Positions 54,430 through 64,000 of a stretch of DNA of 64,000 bases are shown here, in pieces. Below the pieces are notes generated by a model that was not told the DNA's origin, made no database searches, and saw nothing but the letters and a program-made list of their open reading frames with translations. This DNA is from an uncultured Isosphaeraceae bacterium (lineage in GTDB: Bacteria > Planctomycetota > Planctomycetia > Isosphaerales > Isosphaeraceae). Position 1 is the first letter of the stretch. Every line of letters starts with the position of its first letter. The DNA is taken from NCBI GenBank assembly GCA_963832405.1, contig CAWHUG010000001.1, positions 375,021-439,020 of the forward strand. Reading direction: 5' to 3'. Position numbers and translations under genes: made by a program.

Positions 54430-54835
54430 CTTCATGCCCGCGTCCTGCGCCAGTTCGCCCTGCCTCGGCGTCGAACTTCACCGGGTTGAGATGACGCGGA
54501 TCGCGGACCACCACCTGGCCTGGGCGCAGGGCTTCGTGGACAGCGCGGTGCCCGGAGTGGTTCGCAACAAGTGGCTCGAACGCCGGCACCAGCTCCACCA
54601 CGTCGCGCGGGCACCGCGACCGCAGTCCCGAGTTCCAGACGGCCTTCATGAACGGCACGGGCACGATGGTCTGGGACAACGTGTTCGGTAGCTGGGTCGG
54701 CTTTCGGGGCGAAGTGTCTGTTGACCTGGGCCGGACTGGATCGCTGCGCCACCGTCGGCTTCCGCTACGTCGTGGATTTGAAAGGCTAGAGCGACTTCAC
54801 GGATGCGTTGGGCACAGGAGTGGCTCCCCCCTCAC

Positions 54836-55022
54836 CCGCCTGCTGCGCAGGCGACCTCTCCCGCGAGGGGAGAGGTGGGACGAACCGGCCGTCCGAACAC
54901 CTCTCCCCTGGCGGGAGAGGTCGGGTGGCATGCCCACGTCTGCGTGGGCATGGTCCCCCGCGCCGGGGCGCGCCGACATGCCCACGCAGACGTGGGCATG
55001 CCACCCGGACACAAGGGGTTGC
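54836..55022. repeat. Family E cluster of nested palindromes (CTCTCCCGCGAGGGGAGAGG, CTCTCCCCTGGCGGGAGAGG, CATGCCCACGTCTGCGTGGGCATG x2)
   Basis: Four hairpins in 190 bp, read directly. Intergenic. Confidence 0.7.
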
Positions 55023-55072
55023 GGCTCCGCCGCGCAACGAAAACAGGCCCAGGAGACGCGCGACACGTACAC

Positions 55073-57640
55073 TTATTCCGCCACGTCACCGAGGCCGACG
55101 TCGATGCCCTGGCCGCCTTCTGTTTGGTGACAATGAACGGCGACCAGGATCTTGCGCCGGGTTTCATCGCGGCACGCGCTTCGCGCGAGATTTCCAGCGG
55201 CACATAGCTCGTCGTGAAACCCCCTTCCGTCGCGGCCGGGATGCCGTTGACGTAAATCTCCACATCCTCGTCGTGATAGCACGATGAATTGGAGATTGGG
55301 ATGCGCTCCCTCGGGGATCGTGATCTCGCCGCGCAGCCAGATGTCGTCGGTCTTCCATTCCGATGTGCTGGACGAATCCCGGCGGACGCGTGCCGAAACC
55401 GGCGCGGCCTTCCTTCCAACCCGTCATGTCGAAATCGGTCTTCGTCCAGTTGTCCGCGGGTTTCCGCGTCGTGTAGTGCCACGTCTGCTGGGTGGGCACG
55501 ACCATGCTGGTTTTCGGCGGCGTGGGCAGCGGCGACCAGTTCGCGGGCTTCAGGTGATCGCGGGAGGCCCACTTCTTCCAGGTCGCGCGGTCGGTCAGCA
55601 TCTTGATGAAGAATCCGCCGACAACCGGCCGGGCGTGCATGCCGCCGCTCTGGACCTTGTCGGTCACATACGAATCGGCGATCGGATCACGCGCGGTCGT
55701 TTCGTTCAGGTAGTCGTAGATCGGCGCGATGATGGCTTCGAAGTCAGACGGCTTCTCCGCCAGCGTCGCGCTCCAGAACGACCAGTCGGTCTTCGTCAAG
55801 TGCGTGCGCGAATCGAGCGGCACGCCGTAGCGCAGCATCACGTTCTTATAGTGCGCGACTTCCTTCCGCGCGACGGACGGCGGGAAGACGTTCAAGCCGA
55901 GGATGCGGTCCCAGACGAGGTTGTATTTCTGGCTCCAGGTTCCCGGCTTGTCGAACGCGAGCCGGTAATGATCCCCCTCGGCGGCGACCTTCATCCAGTG
56001 CTCCGCGTCGGCTTTCGCCAGGCCGGCGTACTTCTTCGCGGTGTCCTCATCGCCGCGCATCCGGCACAGATCGCCGTAGGCCGCGAGGCCGAGGATCGCC
56101 TTCACGGAGAGATTCGCGTTGTGCGCGAGATGGCCCATGAAATCGTCCGTGCAAAGCTGCTCCTCAGGGTCCAGGCCGTACTTTTCCAGGTACTTCGCCC
56201 ACTGCGTGAGCGCCGGCCACCAGGGCGCGACAAAGTCCGCGTTGCCTTCCGCGTGCGCGATGGCGTCGCAGAGGATCAACATGTTGCCGCTCTCCTCCAC
56301 GGGCATGCCCTCGCCGCCGTCATCGCGGCCGGTGACGATCGGATACGTCCCCAGATCGTGCGGCGCGTTGGGGAATTTCCAGTGCGGTGATTCGGAGTAC
56401 ATGAGCACATGAACCAGTGATGCCTTCGCCAGGGTCGGACTGAGCAGGATCCAGATCGGGTCCATGGGGAAGAACACGTCCACCGTCGCGATATCACCGT
56501 TGCTGGTGTTTTCCTTCGTGAAGAACAGCGGCTGCTTGTTCGCATCGGCGGCGAGGCCGTTCGCGGCGACGCATTCGCGGTAGGAGAGCGCGGTGATCTT
56601 CGCATATTTCTCGCCACCGAGCCTGGTCATGTCCGCCATCAACTCGTTGTCGAACGCCTCGCATCGCGCGAGCAGCTTCGCGTAGTCCTGCGACGCGGTC
56701 TGCAAGAGTCCGGCGATCTTCACGCCGTTCCGCGCCCAGTAGGGGAGCAGCTTCTGGCCGAAATACTTGATCGCGAAGATCTCGTCGTACGCGACGATCA
56801 CCTGCCGCTCGACGGCTTGTCCGCCGACGCTGCCCAGCGCGAACGCGAATGCCATCACGGGCTCGGCGTCGCTGGCCGCGCGGGGCATGCGCGCATCGTC
56901 GGCCGCGGGCAGGCCGCCGTTCTCGGCGAACGTGTTCTCCAGAACCGCGCTGGCGCCGATCGCGGATGTCGATTGCCCGCGCGGCGCAGCGGCGTAGGCG
57001 TAGCCCCAGTTGATGCGGTGATCGTCGCCACTGGAGCCGAGAACACTCTGCGCTTGCGTGCCGCGCGCAAGAGCGTCAAATCGCCGGCCGTTTGCCGCGA
57101 CCACTCGACAAGCTCCGTGGTCTTGTTCACGGCAAGTTGCGAGCTCGTGCTGTCATAGAGTTCAATCTTGTGCTTCGCGCCGTCGCACGAGCGGACATTC
57201 CAGGTGATGTAGCTCAGCGGCCACGAATAAACGTCGAGATCGTCGGGCAGCGCGGGCTGCATGAAGGTCATCGTCACGTGGACGCCCGCGTCCTCGAACT
57301 CGTAGATGCTGCGTGTCGGCAAGACCACGACGGACTTCTGCGTGAAGGCCGGCGCCGTTTTCGGTTCCACGCCCATCAGCCGGTACGTCTTCCCGTCGAT
57401 GCGGATCAGGCTCACGAGCGCATGGTCGTGCCGTGTCCAGTGCTTCGTGGTCGCGTCGTTCAGATGGTCGGCTTCCGACCAGATGCTGAGGAACGGATTG
57501 TACGTGACGAGGGGAACCGCGGGCGGTCGGAAATCGGCCCGTGCCGAGAACGCGATCCCCAGGCTGCTGGCAAGCAGTGCGAGGACAAGCCGCGCGGCGC
57601 AGTCTTGGAGATTCTTCTCATCGAGGGACTCCTTGGCATG
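55073..57640 (-). CDS. Secreted glutaminase-A-like (GtaA; DUF4964/DUF5127/DUF4965/DUF1793) six-hairpin glycosidase-like protein with a C-terminal beta-sandwich; at least 3 frameshifts
   Basis: N-terminus 'VPLVTYNPFLSIWSEADHLND...WTRHDH'. Core 'FFPMDPIWILLSP'. C-terminal 'KILVAVHCHQTEGGQGIDVGL'. Signal peptide 'LVLALLASSLGIAFSARA'. Confidence 0.7.
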
Positions 57641-57760
57641 GACATCGGATCGGTCGAGGCACAGTCAGACGCAACGTTCGTGGTCGGGCGATCCCGGCTC
57701 AATAAACTAGCACAGAACGTTCCCCAGTTCACGCCCTGAGAGGATGTACGAGAAGGGGTC

Positions 57761-57837
57761 TTCTGTGTAGTGGCGGCCGTCGCGGCCGCTCCGGGTTCCC
57801 GAACCGGAGCGGCCGCGACGGCCGCCACTACACAGAA
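57761..57837. repeat. Perfect 32-34-bp-stem hairpin (CTGTGTAGTGGCGGCCGTCGCGGCCGCTCCGG / loop GTTCCCGAA / mirror) between the P450 and GtaA-like genes
   Basis: The reverse complement was checked base by base. Possible terminator or insulator, or another palindromic element. Confidence 0.7.
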
Positions 57838-57894
57838 AGGCCCCTCTGTACCGAACGACACGAAGAAACGGAACCGGGGGATCGAGGAAGCCGG

Positions 57895-58909
57895 CTACGC
57901 AGTCGAGGGAAGAGAGTCGAGCGGCTCGCGTCGCAGCACCACCGGAAGCGATGCCGGCGCTCGGATCGCGAATCCGCCGATCCACTCCACCTCGCCGACC
58001 AGTTCGACCGCGCTCGTCATGCTGAGCAGCGCGTCCGTCGCGACCGCGACCGCCATGCGGATCAACGGCGCACCGGGACAGGAGTGCGCTCCTCCGCCGA
58101 ACGCCAGGTGCCCCGCGGCGTCGCGGCGGACGTCGAGCCGGCCGGGCTCCGGAAACCGCGCCGGGTCGTGGTTGGCCGCCGAGAGCATCAGGATGACGCG
58201 ATCGCCCGGGGCGACGCGCGCGCGGCCGATCGACAGTCTCGGCGAGCGCGTGCCGGAAGACCGCGCGGGCGGGGCCGGCGTGACGCAACAGCTCTTCGAC
58301 CGCCCCGGGCATCAGTTCGGGCTGCGCTGCGCAAGCGGTCGGCCTCATCCGGACGCCGGAACAGCTCGAGCCACGCGCTGGCGAGGAAGCACGGCAGCGT
58401 CTGCGAGAGCGCGACGTAGGTTTGCACATCGGCGGACGCACCCGCACCCGGAAAGCGACTCGCCAGCTCCGCGACCGCGGCCTGCGCCCGCGGCGGAAAT
58501 CCGGCATCCGTCGCACGAGGCCGCCGCCAGGAACACGTCTCGAGCGAGCCGGTCGAGTCGTTCCGCGTCCGCGGGCGGGGCGCCGGTCGCTCGGACCGCG
58601 AGCGTGACCGACCAGGGCCGGGCGAACGCCCCCACCAGGTCCACGGGCACGCCCGCGGGCAGACGCTCGGTCAGGACGCGGGCGGACGCCTCGGCCTCGG
58701 CGCGCCAGGCGGCCAGCCGTGCCGGCGGACAGCGCGTGCGCGGCCGCGTCGCGCACCGCGACGTGCGCCGCATCCCCGTCGGCGCTCGTGCCCGAGACCG
58801 ACAATCGCGGGTCGCGCAGGGCGGCGGAAACGTCCGCGTAGCGGGTCAGGACCCAGGCGCCGAGCGCGGAATCGAATCGCGCCTCGCCGGGCTGATCGGC
58901 CTCATCCAT
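57895..58909 (-). CDS. Cytochrome P450; at least 3 frameshifts
   Basis: Heme-binding loop 'FGGGAHSCPGAPLIRMA' (57895-58188). N-terminus 'FDSALGAWVLTRYADVSAALRDPRLS'. The middle segment is in ORF 58345-58773. Confidence 0.7.
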
Positions 58910-59169
58910 GGTCGTGCACCGAGATCACCAGACAGTCCTCCAGCTTCCCGCGATTCTGGCCTGTCCTTCTCGCCCACGTGTGGCCTCTCATCGAACGCGG
59001 GCGATCCCGTCCTGCCGCCGGCGTCGATGGCGTCGCCGCCCTCAAGACGGGCGGCGTCCGAACTGGCGATCCATCAGCCGTAGCATCCAGTCACGGTGCG
59101 ATCGGATGTATTCGTCGAACGCCTCGGGGGGGCGGCCGTCGTGACGGCCCACGAAGCGGTTCTTTAGAG

Positions 59170-59405
59170 TCTGTTCCAAAAGCCCCGAAGGGGCGAAAGT
59201 GAATAGCCCGGGGCGTCAGCCCCGGGAACCGGAAACGACGCGCTACAAGCCCTCTCCGAAGCCCGAAGGGGCGGCCGATGTCTTTGTCCCACAGGCCCTT
59301 CTGTCGCCCCTTCGGGGCTTCGGAGGAAGACTCTCTCGTCGCAGCTTTCCGGTTCCCGGGGCTGACGCCCCGGGCTATTCACTTTCGCCCCTTCGGGGCT
59401 TTTGG
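59170..59405. repeat. Family A palindromic MITE-like element (copy 3)
   Basis: GCCCCGAAGGGGCG...ATAGCCCGGGGCGTCAGCCCCGGG mirrored, with an internal GGGGCGACAG-type palindrome. Confidence 0.85.
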
Positions 59406-59461
59406 AACAGACTCTTATGGTTCGATCTCCGAGTCGCCCGGCCCTGACGTGAGGGTCCGCA

Positions 59462-62400
59462 TCATCGCGGCTTTCCGCTTGTCTGCCCGATGCGAAGAAT
59501 GCGGTTTCCCCAGGGGCCGTCCAGAGGTACGTCGAGCGTCGTCCCGGCCGATTCGGCCAGGATTTCGCCGGTCTCGGCATCGGACACGTGCCGGCCCGCG
59601 GGCGCTCCCTCGATGCGCACCGTCGCCGTCACGGGCGTCTCGGACCAACTGGCCAGGACGAGGAGCATCGCGTCCGGGTCGCGGCGAGTCAAAGCCAGCC
59701 ATTTCACCGAACCGGGCGTCACCCGCACGAGGGGATGATCCTCCCAGTAGTTGTGGACCGTCACCACGGGGTCGCCGTACCCGAAGTCCCGGAGCCATTT
59801 CTCTTGCGGCCCGGTGCGCTGGATCTCGTGCACCGCCCGCAGGCCCCACTCGATGCGATCGGCCTGGTCCCTGGGCAGGGAGCGGATGGTCTTGTTGTCC
59901 CTCCCGGCAACTTCATAGAGCGAGAGCGGCAGGTTGCCGACCTGGCGGCCGATGGTCTCCGCCTGGAGCCATTCGGGCGCGAACGGCCGCGCGACGGCCA
60001 GCTCATGATCCAGGTCGACCGTGCCCCAGGTGTGGACCGGCAGGACGAGCGTGTTGGTCATGTGCAGCGTCCATTCGAGGGGCTCGGGCCGCTCCCGACG
60101 ACGCTGCTGGAGCAGGTGCCAGACCCGCTTGTGGTACTCGCGCACGTTCCAGATGGTCAAGGCCGGCTGGATGTAGCCGTCCTCGGCACGATAGGCGGCG
60201 GTCGTCAGGGTGTTATAGGAGGGATACAGATATGTATTGTCCCAGTACAGGCTGATACCGCGCCGGAGCCATTCGTTGGCCATCCACACGCCGAAGTCGG
60301 CGTAGGAGCGGGGGAAGGTGATCTCGGAGATGTCGCTGAGCGCACGATGACCGCCGCGCAGATCGAGGCCGTCCGGTTCGTTGCGCGCCCGCGGGCCGTC
60401 GTCGGTCTTCCACTCGTCCTGGTAGACGATCCACTCGGGGCGGGAATGCGCCGCGCGCATCTCCTCCTGGTAGACCGCCAGGGGGCGGGATAACCCCACG
60501 TCTTTGGCCCGCTGGGCGAAGTGGTGCATGAAATAGGTCCAGTCGGCCTCGCCGTGGACGCGCGGCGGTTGATGCCGCCGGGCGTAATCGGCCAGCCAGT
60601 CCTCGTCGAACGGCTGACCGCGGTGCGCCTCCAGCACCTTCTCGACGATCGTCCAGTCGTCGGCGAACGGTCCCTGCGAGGCGCATTGCAGACCGCCCCA
60701 CGGGACGACCGCCAGCCCTCCCGGCGCATCCGGCAGGCGCCGGCGCCAGTCCTCGGGCATCGGCTTGGTGGGTGACGCCTGAAGACCGACGGTGAGCGTG
60801 CGGGGCTCGGTCAGGACCGCCGGCCGATTGATCAGGTACGCGCGCAGGATCAACCGGCCGTCCTCGCGGATCAACTCCTGGATCGGCGTCTTGCTCCGGG
60901 CCTTCTCGGTGATCCAGCCGCGGTCGTTCTCGGCGAAGACGGCCAGCCCGCGTTCGGCCGCGCCGAGCCAGATGTAGGGGACGAAGGCGTTGCGCCACCG
61001 CGCCGAGCGGGCGGCTTTCGTGCCGTCCCAGACCACGCCCTGTCCGGCCGGCGTCGCGCCCGAGTAGTTATTTCGGAGCCCGTCGCCGATCGCGTGCATC
61101 AACGGGACTTCGGCGTCCTTGAGCGGGATCTCGATCCAGAGTTTGCGGACCTCGACCGGGGATCGCCCCGGCGCCAGCGTCAGATCGACCCGCATGCAGC
61201 CGTCCACCTCGATCGCGGAGCGTGCCTTGAGGGTGACAGCATCGGCCTGGGCGGTCCCTTCGAACACGGCGCGCCCGGCGGTCCTCGTGGCGAGATGGCC
61301 GTCGGACCGGGTCCAGGTACCGGGACCGTCCGCCGTCTCGAAGCGCACTGCGCATCGGGGCGGCGAGCAGGTCGCGGCCGAGGGTCTGGACCTCGTCCCA
61401 CAGTCCGAAGTCGTTCCACGTCATCGTGCGGCCGACCACCGCGACCCGCCGCCCTTGGACCGTCACCGGCTCGAACGGCGGGAAGACCTCGTCGGTGATC
61501 CCCAGCGTGTTCCCCACCCAGGGGAAACGCCGCGCCAGGAACGGGAACGACCGCCCGGGCCGTTCCCGACCGTCCCGGGCGACGAGGATCGGCGTCAGCG
61601 TGTACGCGCCATCCGCCAGTTCGGGAAGTTCGAACTCGCCGACCAGGGGCTCGGCCCAGGCCGTGCGGACCTCGCTCACGAGCGTGTTCTTCTCGTCTCG
61701 CAGCGCGAAACGGACGGCCGCGGCGTCGTCGGACACGTCACGAGGTGTCACCGTGTAACGGATCGCCTGCCGGCTCGGCAGGTACTCGCCGATCAGGTCG
61801 AGTGCCGGCAGCCGCACGTCGGCGATGAGCTTCGCCGGGTCGCGATAGCGCCAGTAGGCATTGGACGCCTCCTCGGACAGGAGCGCCCGGTCGTAGATCC
61901 GGACCTCGTCGATCAGGCCGATCGTCTCGGAGGCGTTGAAGACGAACCGATCGGCCTCGGTCCGGCCGTTCGGGACGAGCGGGCGGCCGATGGTGTGTCC
62001 CCTCAGCGTCCCGTCCAGATAGATCGCGATGTCGGGACCGCGCCAGGTGAAGACGACGTGATACCAGCGTCCCGGATGCATCTCCACGGGCGCGGGGACG
62101 AAGTGCAGGCCCTGCTCGCGGTCGTCGAAAAACAGCGTCGGCTCGTGCGAGGCGCCGTTGAGCAGGTAGAAGGGGAACGGCTCGCCGAGGAAGTAGCGGT
62201 TGCGATCCGAGAGGCTGTTGACGCCCGTCGGCCGGAGCCAGAATTCCAGGCTCCCCTCGGCGCTGCGGAACAGCCCGGGGGCCGTGATGGTGATCTTGCC
62301 GGCGTAGGCTTTGCCCCGCACACCGGGACGGAACGCGCCTGCACCGAGCTCGACCTTCGCCCCCGGCACCTCGGAAATTGGCTCGTCGAGCGGGAGGCTC

Positions 62401-63238
62401 ACGCGAGCCGCGTGCGCGGCGACGAAGTGGGGCGGCCCCGACGCGATGGCCCGGGTCGCCTTCGGGTCGGTCCAGGAGTCGTCTTCAGGAGGCCAGAATT
62501 TGAGCACATTCCGATGCACCCGGACTTGATCCATCAGGCCGGTCAAGCCGGCGTCGCCGGTGTCATCGTTGCCGATGAAGATCGCTGGCGGCTCGGTCTC
62601 CGTGAGGTCCTGGAGCCCTTCTCCGTAGTGCAGCGGCTGATCGGCGACCATCCGGCCGTCCACGAAGAGTCGCCGGCCCGGTCCCGAGATGCCCGCCACG
62701 TGGACCCACTTGCCGAGCGGCACCGCGGCGGGCGGACTGCTTGTCCGGAGGCGACGGCCGGAGGCGTTGACCGTCTCCAGGTGGAGCCCGCCCCGATTGT
62801 CCACCGCGAGCGCGAAGCCCTGGCTTCGGCCCGCGCCCGCCGCCGCGCGGCGGAAGAGAACATAGCCGTTCTGCTCGGGGTACCGCTCCAGCTTGACCCA
62901 CGCCTCCAGGCTCACGAGTCCGCCCGCGAACGCGGCGCGCGGCTGGCAGCGAACGCCGCCCCTGCCGTTCAGCCTGAGCCCCTTGCCGAAACGGCCCTCC
63001 TCGACCACGACCGCGCCCGGGGTCGTCTCCACCCGCGCGACCGGACCCCCGGCCTGGACCGGCTCCCCGTCGAACGACAACAGCACGTACGTGTTCCCGT
63101 CATCCGGGTCCGGCCGGTACTCCGACCAGAAGGCCACGTCCGTGGCCAGACCGGGGCGCCGGTCAGGAGCATCAGCATCATCGCCCCCAGCGAGATGAGG
63201 GGGCGCAGGCCGGTTGTGGCAGGGCCGAAGCAGAACAC
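59462..63238 (-). CDS. Large secreted protein: signal peptide, two LamG/concanavalin-like domains and a C-terminal glycoside-hydrolase-like region of unassigned family; 2 frameshifts
   Basis: Signal 'ISLGAMMLMLLTGAPV' (alternative frame at 63130-63238). LamG-like 'LEAWVKLE...LHYGEGLQD' and 'LEFWLRP...RIYDRAL'. The C-terminal 628-aa ORF has no family I can name. Confidence 0.6.
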
Positions 63239-63452
63239 GGGTCACTCCGGGAGGTCAAAAAGAAGGCCGGGCGGGTATCACGGCGCTCCGCCGCGGGAAC
63301 GATCACCGTCGGCGCGGCCGACGTGGCCGTAAGGATAGCCGAGGTGTCTTGTGTCGGGAACCCGGTACACCGAAACGGGTGCGGGAGACCCGGGGCGCCG
63401 CGCCACGGCGAACCACCTCTCTGGAAGAGCGGTTCCCGCTCGAACCTGGCTG

Positions 63453-64000
63453 CTACTCAGGCCCCGCCCCGCCACTCGACCGGCCTTTCCCGCGGAGCGC
63501 ACCGATCTGAACGTTCTTCAGCTCGACGCCCTCCGTGCGGAAGACCATCTTGTTCACGGTGAGGTCCGGGCGATACGAAATCATTGTGCGCCGGCCGGCG
63601 ATCTCGGCGTCGATCAGGGAGCCTCCGAGCTTCTCACTGGTTTGGACGATCACGCGCACCGGGAACGGCCTGTCCACACCGATGAGGTTCTCGATCGCAT
63701 AGTTGCCGGCCTGATGAGGCGCCCCGCCTTCGCGCAAGCTCTTCTCACGACCCGCGAAGCGAGTCAGGGAACCAGGCGCGAATTGCGCTCGGAGTTCATC
63801 GAGACGAATCTGCAATTCGCAGGCGGGCTGCGCACCGTCCTCGGGCAGAAACGAAATGCCGACCCGACCCGGGTTCGTCTCCGCGGGCTGGACGTGGAAG
63901 GCCAGCAGGAACGATTTGCTGTCTGTCCGGAAGGTGGCCGTTCCGGCGACCCGCGCCGCCAGCGTGGCCGGTGGCTCGGATTCGGGCGTGGCTTCCTTCA
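63453..64000 (-). CDS. Hypothetical protein, 3' part only (its 5' end lies beyond the window)
   Basis: Open frame to the window edge. No family recognised. Confidence 0.35.
   Translation of the reverse strand, partial: KEATPESEPPATLAARVAGTATFRTDSKSFLLAFHVQPAETNPGRVGISFLPEDGAQPACELQIRLDELRAQFAPGSLTRFAGREKSLREGGAPHQAGNYAIENLIGVDRPFPVRVIVQTSEKLGGSLIDAEIAGRRTMISYRPDLTVNKMVFRTEGVELKNVQIGALRGKGRSSGGAGPE

Overview
This 64-kb window is very GC-rich (roughly 65-70% GC by eye) and looks like a Planctomycetota-type chromosome segment. The evidence for that placement is an ECF sigma factor paired with an FGE-domain kinase, the 'RRxLxVExLExRxVLS' secretion-type N-terminus, and giant secreted glycosidase-like proteins; the phylum call is inference. 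Gene content, in order: the 3' end of a Tad/Flp pilus locus (cpaF-tadB-tadC, an FHA-domain membrane protein and a kinase-dead Ser/Thr-kinase/PEGA/FGE fusion); a decayed patch holding a type I R-M hsdM 5' stump, an orphan Phd/DUF2281 antitoxin-like gene and an ECF sigma factor whose cognate kinase survives only as an FGE-domain stump; a metzincin-discoidin protease; a multi-PAS histidine kinase; a [2Fe-2S] ferredoxin; panC-panD; lgt; a MoxR plus FHA operon; a complete glycine-cleavage operon (gcvT-gcvH-gcvPA-[F420-type NADP oxidoreductase]-gcvPB) with an adjacent lipoate ligase; a subtilase; a CorC/HlyC transporter; a YrdC-LMW-PTP fusion; a YbeD-like protein; two tandem SPFH/flotillin paralogues; a PPP-family phosphoesterase; an ABC-F ATPase; a translationally coupled ParB/Srx-like small-protein pair; a polytopic membrane protein; uvrC; phosphoglucomutase; a secreted CAP-domain protein; an IS701-like transposase remnant; a DUF2064 / ArsS-like radical SAM / GT2 trio next to a GH36-NPCBM alpha-galactosidase and a B12-binding radical SAM enzyme; and GtaA-like, P450 and LamG-glycosidase-like secreted proteins. 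Two signals are not explained by the genes. First, at least five families of nested palindromic MITE/REP-like elements (at least 15 copies) sit in intergenic regions and at gene ends. Second, there are about 35 frameshifts, roughly one per 2 kb. Several are homopolymer indels, including a compensating pair inside cpaF and hits in essential genes, so I read them as uncorrected sequencing errors rather than gene decay. No rRNA, tRNA or CRISPR array was found.
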